The translations under genes were made by a program, and so were the position numbers. Source: Saprospiraceae bacterium (lineage in GTDB: Bacteria > Bacteroidota > Bacteroidia > Chitinophagales > Saprospiraceae). From it: a stretch of DNA of 63,810 bases. Positions 1 to 8,752 of this stretch are shown in pieces; position 1 is the stretch's first letter; each line of letters opens with the position of its first letter. The stretch lies in NCBI GenBank assembly GCA_020848965.1, contig JADLHE010000005.1, forward strand, positions 1 through 63,810, given 5' to 3'. Under the pieces are notes generated by a model. That model was not told the origin of the DNA. It saw only the letters and a list, made by a program, of their open reading frames with translations, and searched no databases.

Positions 1-894
1 AAGGGTAGGCACGGATGGGCGAGGTAAGTACTCACCAGTATTCAAATAGGCTGGAACAATGTCGTTGGCGTTTGTGGCAGCGATGAATTGATGTACGGGT
101 AAGCCCATTTTCTTTGCAAAAAGGCCAGCCGTGAGGTTGCCAAAATTGCCACTAGGTACGCAGAAAGCTACTTGCCTCCCATCATTTGGAAGCTGCTTAT
201 AAGCTTCGAAGTAATAGAAAGACTGCGGAATAAGGCGGGCTATATTGATGGAATTGGCAGAGCTAAGACGGATGTTTTGGGTGAGTTCTTTATCCAAAAA
301 AGCTTGCTTAACGAGTGCTTGGCAATCGTCAAAACTGCCGTCCACTTCAATAGCTGTTATGTTTTTACCTAAGGTGGTTAGCTGCTTTTCTTGTAAATGA
401 CTGACCTTGCCAGAAGGGTAGAGGATGACAACTTTGATGCCGGGCGTATCATAAAAACCTGCCGCAACTGCCCCGCCCGTATCACCAGAAGTTGCCACTA
501 GTATGACCAACTCTCTGTCATTGCCCCTGTTGAAATAGCTCATTAGCTGCGCCATGAACCTCGCCCCGAAATCCTTAAAAGCCAAAGATGGGCCATGAAA
601 CAGTTCCAGTATATAGGTGTTGTCGTCAAGCTTAACTATAGGGGCAGGGAAGGTGATGGCCTTTTCGATGATAGAACGGAGGTCAGCAATAGGGATGGCC
701 CCTTTGAATAGGTGTTGACAAATTTCAAAACCTATTTCTTGGAAGGAATGACTTCCTAGGTTTTCAATAAAAGATGAAGGCAGTTGGGGGATGGACTCGG
801 GCATGAAGAGGCCGTTGTCATCTGGCAATCCTTTGAAAACGGCTTCTTGAAGGGACACAAAAAGCTGGTTGTTTTTAGTGCTGTATAAACGCAT
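1..894 (-). CDS. thrC: threonine synthase, first ~298 codons (3' end lies beyond the left window edge)
   Basis: Absent from the ORF track because there is no stop in the window. Own translation from ATG 894-892: MRLYSTKNNQLFVSLQEAVFKGLPDDNGLFMPE...ELFHGPSLAFKDFGARFMAQL...VATSGDTGGAVAAGF. Shows the PLP-lysine context SLAFKD and the GDTGG loop. Lies directly downstream of thrB. Confidence 0.85.
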   Translation of the reverse strand, partial: MRLYSTKNNQLFVSLQEAVFKGLPDDNGLFMPESIPQLPSSFIENLGSHSFQEIGFEICQHLFKGAIPIADLRSIIEKAITFPAPIVKLDDNTYILELFHGPSLAFKDFGARFMAQLMSYFNRGNDRELVILVATSGDTGGAVAAGFYDTPGIKVVILYPSGKVSHLQEKQLTTLGKNITAIEVDGSFDDCQALVKQAFLDKELTQNIRLSSANSINIARLIPQSFYYFEAYKQLPNDGRQVAFCVPSGNFGNLTAGLFAKKMGLPVHQFIAATNANDIVPAYLNTGEYLPRPSVPTL

Positions 895-963
895 GGTGAA
901 AAATGTTGAGCAGTTTTAATTGGTAGGAAACTTGGAAGCTTGGGGCTAAGGGCTATGAGAGAA

Positions 964-1896
964 TTAGCATTTGATTGCTCCTTCTTGGTTGATGGGCGAG
1001 ATATATAGGTCGTGTTCAATTTTAGCTTGCGTATAAATCCGTTTCATTGCCTCACCCACCGCTTCAGCGACAAGGCTATTGGCGCTAAGTGCAAAGATGG
1101 ACGGACCTGCACCGGATATGCTACAACCCAATGCCCCTGCATTCATCACAGCTTCTTTTACTTCATAAAAATGGGGTATCAACCTTGCCCGTTGCGGCTC
1201 GATGACCACATCCTGCAAAGCCCTTCCGATTAGCGAAATATCCGAGTTGTAAAGCCCTATTATGAACGCGCCAAGATTGGCGCTTTGTTGGATGAATTTT
1301 TTTAGTGGAACTGCATCACTGAGGATGCTTCGAGCGTCCTTGGTCAACACCTCAACGTGCGGGTAAATGACAGTAGCGTAGATACCCCTTGGCATGGGCA
1401 AGCGATGGAAATCCATCGTTTGGTTGTCACGGATAAGTACCAAGCCACCCATTAATGACGGTGCAACATTATCAGCATGCCAACCACCGGAAGCTAGGTA
1501 TTCGCCTTGCAGCGCAAAGGGAAGCAAGTCCCGTTTTTCAAGTGGCCGTTTTAGCAGTTCATTGATGGCCATGACACCCGCAACTGCACTGGCTGCACTG
1601 CTGCCAAGCCCACTTCCAATGGGCATTTTCTTGTGCAATTCCATCTCTATGCCACGGCCTGTTTCTCCTAAATGTTCGAGCAATTTAAGCGCAGCAAATC
1701 CTGCTGTGTTTTTTTGTGGGTCATAAGGCAGTTTGCCTTGTGCCCCCGAAATGAGTGTAATGCGCAGACCTGGTGTATCGCTAAACCGTACGACTATTTC
1801 ATCGCCGGGTTGTTCCAAGGCGAACCCCATCACATCGAATCCCACTGCGGCATTGCCCACAGATGCTGGAGCAAAAACTTTTATTCCTGGTTGCAT
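964..1896 (-). CDS. thrB: homoserine kinase
   Basis: ORF 964..1968. GHMP-kinase motif PIGSGLGSSAASAVAG. Start moved to the internal ATG (MQPGIKVFAPASVGN) because the track start is a TTG with a non-protein-like extension. Confidence 0.9.
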   Translation of the reverse strand: MQPGIKVFAPASVGNAAVGFDVMGFALEQPGDEIVVRFSDTPGLRITLISGAQGKLPYDPQKNTAGFAALKLLEHLGETGRGIEMELHKKMPIGSGLGSSAASAVAGVMAINELLKRPLEKRDLLPFALQGEYLASGGWHADNVAPSLMGGLVLIRDNQTMDFHRLPMPRGIYATVIYPHVEVLTKDARSILSDAVPLKKFIQQSANLGAFIIGLYNSDISLIGRALQDVVIEPQRARLIPHFYEVKEAVMNAGALGCSISGAGPSIFALSANSLVAEAVGEAMKRIYTQAKIEHDLYISPINQEGAIKC

Positions 1897-2064
1897 ATAT
1901 TTATTGCTTAATTCAAAACAAACGCCAAAAGTAGGAAGACTTGCTGTAAAAAGCCATCTTAGGGCCAAAGCGGCTAGGTATAAATTATATTAAAATAAAA
2001 TACAATATAAAAAACCGCTTCATTGCTCAATGGGAAGTACAATAAACTAGATACTTTTACAAAC

Positions 2065-3189
2065 ATGGAAGATTCACGTTTGCAAAAGTGGCGGCTCATC
2101 TTGGGCAAACAGTCCGACCCGGAAGGTGAAGTAGGGCTGGAGGGCGAGGCAGTTGGGATGGATGATGTGTTGGAAGCACTTTACAATAACGAGCGAAAAG
2201 GGGGGCTTGGCTCATCATCGCCCAATGTCAACCGTTGGCTCGGTGACATAAGAAAATACTTTCCAACAACAGTCGTGCAGATTATGCAAAAAGATGCAGT
2301 GGAGCGCCTCCAGCTCCAAAGACTGCTTTTAGAACCTGAACTATTGCAAATGGTAGAACCCGATGTTTCACTCGTGGCCACAATGCTTTCCCTAAATAAA
2401 GTCATGCCACAGAAGACAAAGGAAACTGCACGGATGGTTATTAGGAAGGTGGTGGAGGAATTGGAGAAGAAGCTGCACAACCCATTGCGCCAGGCAATTG
2501 AGGGGGCGCTGAACCGCGCTGTACGCAACCGGAGACCAAAACTCACCGAAGTGGATTGGAATAGAACCATTCGCTTAAATCTGAAGCACTATCAGGCTGA
2601 TTATCAGACAATTATACCTGAACTGATTATTGGGCATGGCCGAAAAGGGCAATCGCTCCGGCATGTTATACTACTTGTTGACCAGAGCGGTTCCATGGCC
2701 GCCTCGGTGGTTTATGCGGGCGTGATGGGAGCTATCATGGCGTCACTCAAATCTGTTCGCACACATTTTATAGCTTTTGATACGGCGGTGGTGGATTTGA
2801 CCAGCGAGCTGAAAGACCCGGTTGATTTACTGTTCGGCACACAGCTGGGGGGCGGAACAGACATTAACAAGGCGATGGGCTATGCACAAGGCTTGATACA
2901 GGTTCCATCGGACACTATTTTGGTATTAATCAGCGACCTGTACGAAGGCGGCAGCCAAAGCGAGTTGCTTAAAAAATGTGCAGCAATAAAATCTGCCGGC
3001 GTGAACCTTTTCGTGCTACTGGCACTTGACGATAAAGGTGCGCCTTCTTTTGACAAATCATTGGCCGCTACCCTAGCCTCACTTGACATCCCCAGTTTTG
3101 CCTGCACACCCGATAAGTTTCCCGAATTGATGGAGGCTGCCATTGCAAGAAAGGATTTGAACCAATGGGGAAATCAACAACGCTATTGA
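2065..3189 (+). CDS. VWA-domain protein, CoxE-like
   Basis: ORF 2023..3189 has a TTG start; the first ATG gives MEDSRLQKWRLILGK. MIDAS-type motif LLVDQSGSM followed by GGGTD. The N-terminal region resembles CoxE-type VWA proteins. Confidence 0.75.
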   Translation: MEDSRLQKWRLILGKQSDPEGEVGLEGEAVGMDDVLEALYNNERKGGLGSSSPNVNRWLGDIRKYFPTTVVQIMQKDAVERLQLQRLLLEPELLQMVEPDVSLVATMLSLNKVMPQKTKETARMVIRKVVEELEKKLHNPLRQAIEGALNRAVRNRRPKLTEVDWNRTIRLNLKHYQADYQTIIPELIIGHGRKGQSLRHVILLVDQSGSMAASVVYAGVMGAIMASLKSVRTHFIAFDTAVVDLTSELKDPVDLLFGTQLGGGTDINKAMGYAQGLIQVPSDTILVLISDLYEGGSQSELLKKCAAIKSAGVNLFVLLALDDKGAPSFDKSLAATLASLDIPSFACTPDKFPELMEAAIARKDLNQWGNQQRY

Positions 3190-3371
3190 AATTTTTTTTG
3201 ACTCGAATTCGCTACCCTGCCATGAGCAAAGAATTTCTACTTTTGCGGCATCAATTCAAAACAGGGCTATGTAGGTGAGAAGACCGCAGTGGATAATTCA
3301 GTCAAGCATTTAATGCAAAGAATTTCCATTGCTGCTCATTGCTAACAGGCTTATCCCCGCCATTTGAAACT

Positions 3372-4322
3372 ATGACAAATGCTATGGTCGAAGTAAAAAT
3401 ATTCTCAGGAACAAACTCCATTTACCTTGCGGAGAAAATAGCCGATTACTATGGTCAACCACTCGGCGACATTTCCGTGAACCGATTCAGTGATGGCGAA
3501 ATGCAGCCCGTTATCAACGAATCTGTGCGGGGAGCCTACGTATTCTTGGTTCAGTCCACTTTCGCACCATCCGAAAACCTGATGGAACTGCTGCTGACGA
3601 TTGACGCAGTGAAACGTGCTTCGGCGGGCTATATCACAGCTGTTATACCCTACTTTGGCTATGCCCGGCAAGACCGCAAGGACAAGCCCCGGGTTCCGAT
3701 TTCGGCCAAGCTCATTGCCGAGCTGCTACAGGCGGCTGGTGCTAACCGAGTGATGACAATGGACTTCCACGCCGACCAAATCCAGGGTTTCTTTGACATC
3801 CCGGTTGACCACTTGAAGAGCGAGGCCATCTATATCCCGCATTTGGAAAAGATGGACCTGAGCAATACCATTTTTGCTTCGCCCGACGTGGGCGGCGTGA
3901 AGCGGGCTAGAACCTATGCCAAGCATTTTGGTAAAAACCTAGTCATCTGCGACAAATACCGCAAAAAGGCAAACGAAATTGCTGAAATGACCGTGATTGG
4001 CGACGTTAAAGGAGCCGATGTTATCTTGGTGGATGACTTGGTGGACACTGCCGGAACTTTGTGTCGGGCTGCTGACATCATTATTAAAGAAGGAGCGAAA
4101 AGCGTAAGGGCCATCTGTACGCACCCCGTTCTTTCTGGTAAGGCTTTTGAAAATATCGAAAAGTCCTCATTGCTGGAGCTGCTGGTATGTGACACCATTC
4201 CCATTGCGCAAGCAAAAAGGCCCGACAAGATTAAAGTGCTCTCTACAGCCAAGCTTTTCGCAAGGGCAATAAGGAACACCCACGAGCACCGCTCGATATC
4301 AGCTTTGTGTATTGAAGGATAA
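3372..4322 (+). CDS. prs: ribose-phosphate pyrophosphokinase
   Basis: ORF 3339..4322 has a TTG start; ATG at 3372 or 3384. Motifs MDFHADQIQGFF, YFGYARQDRK and the PRPP loop VILVDDLVDTAGT. Confidence 0.93.
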   Translation: MTNAMVEVKIFSGTNSIYLAEKIADYYGQPLGDISVNRFSDGEMQPVINESVRGAYVFLVQSTFAPSENLMELLLTIDAVKRASAGYITAVIPYFGYARQDRKDKPRVPISAKLIAELLQAAGANRVMTMDFHADQIQGFFDIPVDHLKSEAIYIPHLEKMDLSNTIFASPDVGGVKRARTYAKHFGKNLVICDKYRKKANEIAEMTVIGDVKGADVILVDDLVDTAGTLCRAADIIIKEGAKSVRAICTHPVLSGKAFENIEKSSLLELLVCDTIPIAQAKRPDKIKVLSTAKLFARAIRNTHEHRSISALCIEG

Positions 4323-4409
4323 AAGAACTGCAACCGTAAATTATCGGCAATCTATTTTTTGAACGGGATGAATGATTTACGGACGAGTAGTTCTTGCAAG
4401 CGGCATCAA

Positions 4410-4772
4410 CTATAAATCCTCGCCGTCGTCCTCAATCTCACCCGTGAAAGTGCTGAGGAAGTCGCCAATGGCTTTCATCGCACTGCTCACCCTATCGTAG
4501 TCCACCTTGTAGTGGATGAACTTGCCATCCCGCACAGTTTCCACGATACCTGCTGAACGCAGGATACGGAGGTGCTGAGAGGTGATGGATTGCTCCAACT
4601 TGAGGGTATTGTAAATTTTGTTGACGTTGATGCTCTCGTGTTCATCAATAAACTCGAGTATTTGCATGCGCAGCGGATGCGCCAACGCCCTTAGTATCTC
4701 CGACGACAGCTGTAGCTTGTCATCGTTGATGCTTACCTTAGCCTTTCTCATAGAAGTCAAATTTTTTGGCAA
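4410..4772 (-). CDS. ArsR/SmtB-family winged-helix transcriptional regulator (no cysteines)
   Basis: LRALAHPLRMQILEFI...LEQSITSQHLRILRSAGIVETVRDGKFIHYKV is typical of the ArsR HTH. Acidic C-terminal tail. Confidence 0.8.
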   Translation of the reverse strand: MPKNLTSMRKAKVSINDDKLQLSSEILRALAHPLRMQILEFIDEHESINVNKIYNTLKLEQSITSQHLRILRSAGIVETVRDGKFIHYKVDYDRVSSAMKAIGDFLSTFTGEIEDDGEDL

Positions 4773-4825
4773 AAACGAAGTTGTGGGGCAAATATGCGCT
4801 TAATATTTATCTTTTCAAAAAAATT

Positions 4826-4868
4826 ATAAAAAATGCTGTAAGCCTACGTCAGGTTTACAGCATTTTTT
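4826..4868. terminator. bidirectional intrinsic terminator-like hairpin between the two arsR-like genes
   Basis: ATGCTGTAA / TTACAGCAT 9-bp stem (4833-4841 and 4855-4863), flanked by an A-run and a T-run. Confidence 0.55.
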
Positions 4869-5048
4869 GACTTTCCTTAGCAAGTACGAAAACTGGAGGT
4901 TGACGGCTTTTGTGAAGTCGGACTACAACGAAGCCATCTGCTTTCTAGTCAAGCTCTTTTCATTCAGGGATTATAATTACCATTCAATAGCAAGCACCCC
5001 ATGCCGTAGCTACGACACGAGACTCATTACAAAATGTTTATGAAACAA

Positions 5049-5387
5049 TTAGGCTGCCAAATCTTCCACCAATTTGGAGATTTGCCCTAAGCGGTCCTTG
5101 TCCAATCCGTAAAAAATGAATTTGCCTTGACGTTCGGTGGCAACAACGCCTGCCCTGCGGAGGATGGCCAAATGTTGGGAAGCCACAGACTGCTCAAGCC
5201 TCAATTTGATGTAGATGTCAGTGACGGTCATCTTCTCGTTCTCCTCCAAAAGGTCAATGACACGTTGGCGGAGTTTGTGGTTGATGGCCCGAAGCACCAA
5301 CACGGCTTTGCGCAATTCTGCGTAGTCGAGCTGGATTTCTTCCTTTCCCTTCTTGAGCACAATAGTCTCGCTCTTTTGCTTTCTCAT
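5049..5387 (-). CDS. ArsR/SmtB-family transcriptional regulator, paralog of 4410..4772 (no cysteines)
   Basis: LRAINHKLRQRVIDLL...LEQSVASQHLAILRRAGVVATERQGKFIFYGL. Confidence 0.8.
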   Translation of the reverse strand: MRKQKSETIVLKKGKEEIQLDYAELRKAVLVLRAINHKLRQRVIDLLEENEKMTVTDIYIKLRLEQSVASQHLAILRRAGVVATERQGKFIFYGLDKDRLGQISKLVEDLAA

Positions 5388-5626
5388 ATATGTTTAATTT
5401 AAAAATTGGTTAAAAAATTGTTGAAACCAACATTAAGTTTTCTCAAATTAACAAAATCTTCATACCTGCAAACCAAGAACTATACCAATCGAAGTGATGC
5501 AAGTCCTTTGTAATGCTTAAAGTGCCTAAAATCAGGGCGAAAATAAAAGTACATTTTTAGAATTCAAAGAAAATTAAAAGTAAAATTATTTATTATATGT
5601 ATTTTTTCGGTCTGATTATCAATGGA

Positions 5627-6325
5627 TTAGCTAGATTTTTGCTTGGAAATGGTGATATTCGGGGGCTTCAGATAAAGTGGAATCGAGTAGGCGGCATCAA
5701 GAAAATTCTTATTCATGAAACTGTTAATAGAAGCTTCGATTAAGTACAAAGAGCTGCAATTTTTTACTTCGCTGAAATCTGCCAAAGGGTTGGCCAGCAC
5801 CGTCTTACACTTTTCGGCACCATTCCCGCAGAAAATAATTTTTCGACCCTTTGCAAAGAAACTTTGAAAGGATTCACCGTCAACCACCATTGGAGTGGGG
5901 GGCAAGAGCTGCGTTCCGTCCACCTCGTACAACCCGGCATACACCTCCATCCTTCTAGCGTCAATCATAGCACAGTACAGTGCATCGGCCTCTTTTGCTG
6001 CTTGGTAGGCGGCTTGCGCAAGTGCGGCCAAGGTATTTACAGCTATCAGCGGTACGCCCAGCGAATAGCAAAGCCCTTTTGCCGTCGAATAGCCTACCCG
6101 TAGTGAGGTATAAGAGCCCGGCCCTTCGCTTACAGCCACAGCGTCTAACGCTGACAATTCAAGTTGAGCATCCTCCATGCAACGTTGGATGAGCAGGGTG
6201 ATAACCCTCGAATGCTCGTTTTGCTCCACCGACTCGTGCAGCGATAGCACTTCCCTGCCCCTGCTCAGGCACACGGAACAGACGCCCGTGGCCGCCTCAA
6301 TGTTCAAAATCAATGGATTTGTCAA
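5627..6325 (-). CDS. tsaB: tRNA threonylcarbamoyladenosine biosynthesis protein TsaB (YeaZ family)
   Basis: ILNIEAATGVCSVCL at the N-terminus, GPGSYTSLRVGYSTAKG motif, length 232 aa. Confidence 0.8.
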   Translation of the reverse strand: MTNPLILNIEAATGVCSVCLSRGREVLSLHESVEQNEHSRVITLLIQRCMEDAQLELSALDAVAVSEGPGSYTSLRVGYSTAKGLCYSLGVPLIAVNTLAALAQAAYQAAKEADALYCAMIDARRMEVYAGLYEVDGTQLLPPTPMVVDGESFQSFFAKGRKIIFCGNGAEKCKTVLANPLADFSEVKNCSSLYLIEASINSFMNKNFLDAAYSIPLYLKPPNITISKQKSS

Positions 6326-6525
6326 GTATTTTGCTGTTTGTCAGGTGATTATCTAATTTTGTGCTTCGCAAAAATTCAAGCTCATCTTTATGAAGAAAAC
6401 AGCGTTTCATCGCCATTTGTAGCTGCGCCACTTTTCATTGCTTACTCACTCAAGCAGTAATGCTGTTCTTTTTATCACAAACACAAGATAGCCGTTTTGC
6501 TGGCGCAAAAATCCAAAAATAAAGC

Positions 6526-7596
6526 ATGTTAGATAAACTCGAATCCATCCGCAGCAACTTCATCAACTTGGAGGAGCAAATGTCCGACCCCGGCATCATG
6601 AATGACCAGACCCGCTACGCCAAAATCAGCAAAGAATATTTCAAGCTGAAAGAAGTCGTGGATGCCTATCTGGATTACAAGAAAGTGCTGGAAAACTTGG
6701 AGGGTGCCAAGGAGCTTCTAAGGGAGAAAGATGACGAGCTTCGTGATATGGCCAAACTGGAACTCCAAGAACTGGAGCCACGCAAGGAGCAATTGGAGGA
6801 ACTGTTAAAGACCCTGCTCATCCCCCGTGACCCTGAAGACGGCAGGGACGTCATCTTCGAGATACGGGCGGGCACTGGTGGTGACGAGGCCAGTCTTTTT
6901 GCGGGAGACCTCTTCCGAATGTACTCCAAATACTTCGAATCGCAAGGCTGGAAAACCGAGCCGCTTTATGAAAACGAAGGTACTGTTGGTGGCTATAAAG
7001 AGGTGTCCTTGGAGGTTCGTGGAACGGACGTTTACGGCAAAATGAAATTCGAATCGGGCGTACACCGGGTGCAGCGGGTGCCTGATACCGAAACCAAAGG
7101 GCGGGTGCATACAAGCGCTGCCACGGTCGCTGTCATGCCCAAAATGGAGATGGAAGACGTGAACATCAATCGTTCCGACCTGAAAATTGATACATTCCGC
7201 TCAAGCGGTGCGGGCGGTCAGCACGTGAACAAGACCGAATCGGGTGTGCGCCTTACCCATATCCCAACAGGAGTGGTCGTGGAATGTACCGAAGGGCGTT
7301 CGCAGCACTCCAATAAGGAAATTGCGGAGCAACGCCTTTACCAGAAAATATATGAAATGCAGAAGGAGAAACTGGAGTCCACGATTGCTGCGCAACGCAA
7401 ATCGCTCGTTGGTTCTGGCGACCGCTCCGAGAAAATCCGGACCTACAACTTCCCGCAGAACCGCATCACCGACCACCGCATTGACCTGACCCTCTACAAC
7501 CTCGACCAAGTGATGGAGGGCGATATAAGCAAAATTGTAGAAGGTCTACAAATTGCAGAAAATGCGGAGAAAATGAAGGCAATGGAGGAAGCCTAA
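6526..7596 (+). CDS. prfA: peptide chain release factor 1
   Basis: GGQ motif SGAGGQHVNKTESGVRLTHIPTG; RVP-D-T-E tripeptide region of PxT type; 356 aa. Confidence 0.95.
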   Translation: MLDKLESIRSNFINLEEQMSDPGIMNDQTRYAKISKEYFKLKEVVDAYLDYKKVLENLEGAKELLREKDDELRDMAKLELQELEPRKEQLEELLKTLLIPRDPEDGRDVIFEIRAGTGGDEASLFAGDLFRMYSKYFESQGWKTEPLYENEGTVGGYKEVSLEVRGTDVYGKMKFESGVHRVQRVPDTETKGRVHTSAATVAVMPKMEMEDVNINRSDLKIDTFRSSGAGGQHVNKTESGVRLTHIPTGVVVECTEGRSQHSNKEIAEQRLYQKIYEMQKEKLESTIAAQRKSLVGSGDRSEKIRTYNFPQNRITDHRIDLTLYNLDQVMEGDISKIVEGLQIAENAEKMKAMEEA

Positions 7597-7660
7597 AGTT
7601 TTCTTTTCAATTGATTTGAATCCCGAGCCACCGCTCCAATTGGGGCAATACTTCATTCAG

Positions 7661-8746
7661 ATGAACGAAAACAACATACTTCGCCCCCACGCCGAGCAGG
7701 TTTATGCCAACGAAATCAAGGCGCTCATCACTTTTGATGAGAACCAGCGCCCGGAGAATTGGCAATTATCGCCCAAGGCGGTCGTGACCTACCTTTTGGG
7801 TGGCCAATTGCCGGATGGCACCCATATCGAACCGAAATATTTTGGCCAGCGACGGCTCATCGAAATCGCTGTGGCCACCTTGGTGACCGATAGGGCCTTG
7901 TTGCTCATTGGGATACCTGGCACCGCAAAGACCTGGGTGGCCGAGCACCTTGCCGCTGCCATTTCTGGGAACAGCACCCGATTGGTACAGGGGACGGCTG
8001 GCATGAGCGAGGAGGCTCTGCGCTATGGCTGGAACTACGCCCGGCTTTTGGCCGAAGGCCCAAGTGAAAACGCTTTGGTGCCCAGCCCCATCATGAATGC
8101 CATGCGGGAAGGTAAAATAGCCCGCATCGAAGAGCTGACCCGCATCCCATCCGATGTGCAGGATTCGCTCATCACATTGCTCTCTGAAAAAATGCTGCCT
8201 ATACCAGAACTGAACACGGAGGTGCAAGCCCGCCGGGGTTTCAATGTAATTGCTACAGCAAATGACCGTGACCGAGGCATCAATGACCTTTCCAGCGCCC
8301 TTCGCCGCCGCTTCAATACCGTGGTGATGCCCTTGCCCGCCAGCTTGGACGAGGAGGTAAGCATCGTGAAAAATCGGGTGGAAAAAATCGGGCGTTCCCT
8401 GGAGTTGCCGCCCGATACGGCTCCAGTAAAGGAGATTGAGCGGTTGGTCACTATTTTTAGGGAGTTGCGAAGCGGCAAAACCGAAGATGGCCGAACAAAG
8501 CTAAAATCGCCCGGCGCAACACTCAGCACAGCCGAAGCCATCTCGGTAATTCATAGCGGACAAGCTTTGGCTGTTCATTTCGGCGATGGCACTCTACGGG
8601 CCCATGACCTTGCCGCAGGCATCACAGGGGCCATCGTAAAAGACCCTGTTCAAGACAAAAATATCTGGCTCGAATACCTCGAAACGGTGGTTAAGGAGCG
8701 AAAGGATTGGTCAGATATTTACAGGGCGTGCAAGGATTTGATTTGA
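7661..8746 (+). CDS. AAA+ ATPase (MoxR / AAA_5-like)
   Basis: ORF 7616..8746; the ATG at 7661 gives MNENNILRPH. Walker A LLLIGIPGTAKTW, then IARIEELTRIPSDVQDSLITLLSE and NVIATANDRD...LSSALRRRF. Confidence 0.75.
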   Translation: MNENNILRPHAEQVYANEIKALITFDENQRPENWQLSPKAVVTYLLGGQLPDGTHIEPKYFGQRRLIEIAVATLVTDRALLLIGIPGTAKTWVAEHLAAAISGNSTRLVQGTAGMSEEALRYGWNYARLLAEGPSENALVPSPIMNAMREGKIARIEELTRIPSDVQDSLITLLSEKMLPIPELNTEVQARRGFNVIATANDRDRGINDLSSALRRRFNTVVMPLPASLDEEVSIVKNRVEKIGRSLELPPDTAPVKEIERLVTIFRELRSGKTEDGRTKLKSPGATLSTAEAISVIHSGQALAVHFGDGTLRAHDLAAGITGAIVKDPVQDKNIWLEYLETVVKERKDWSDIYRACKDLI

Positions 8747-8752
8747 ATTGGC

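Noticed and set aside
756-1019. 87-aa minus-strand ORF across the thrB-thrC junction
   Set aside because: It overlaps the thrC start and the thrB end in other frames, and its composition is not protein-like.
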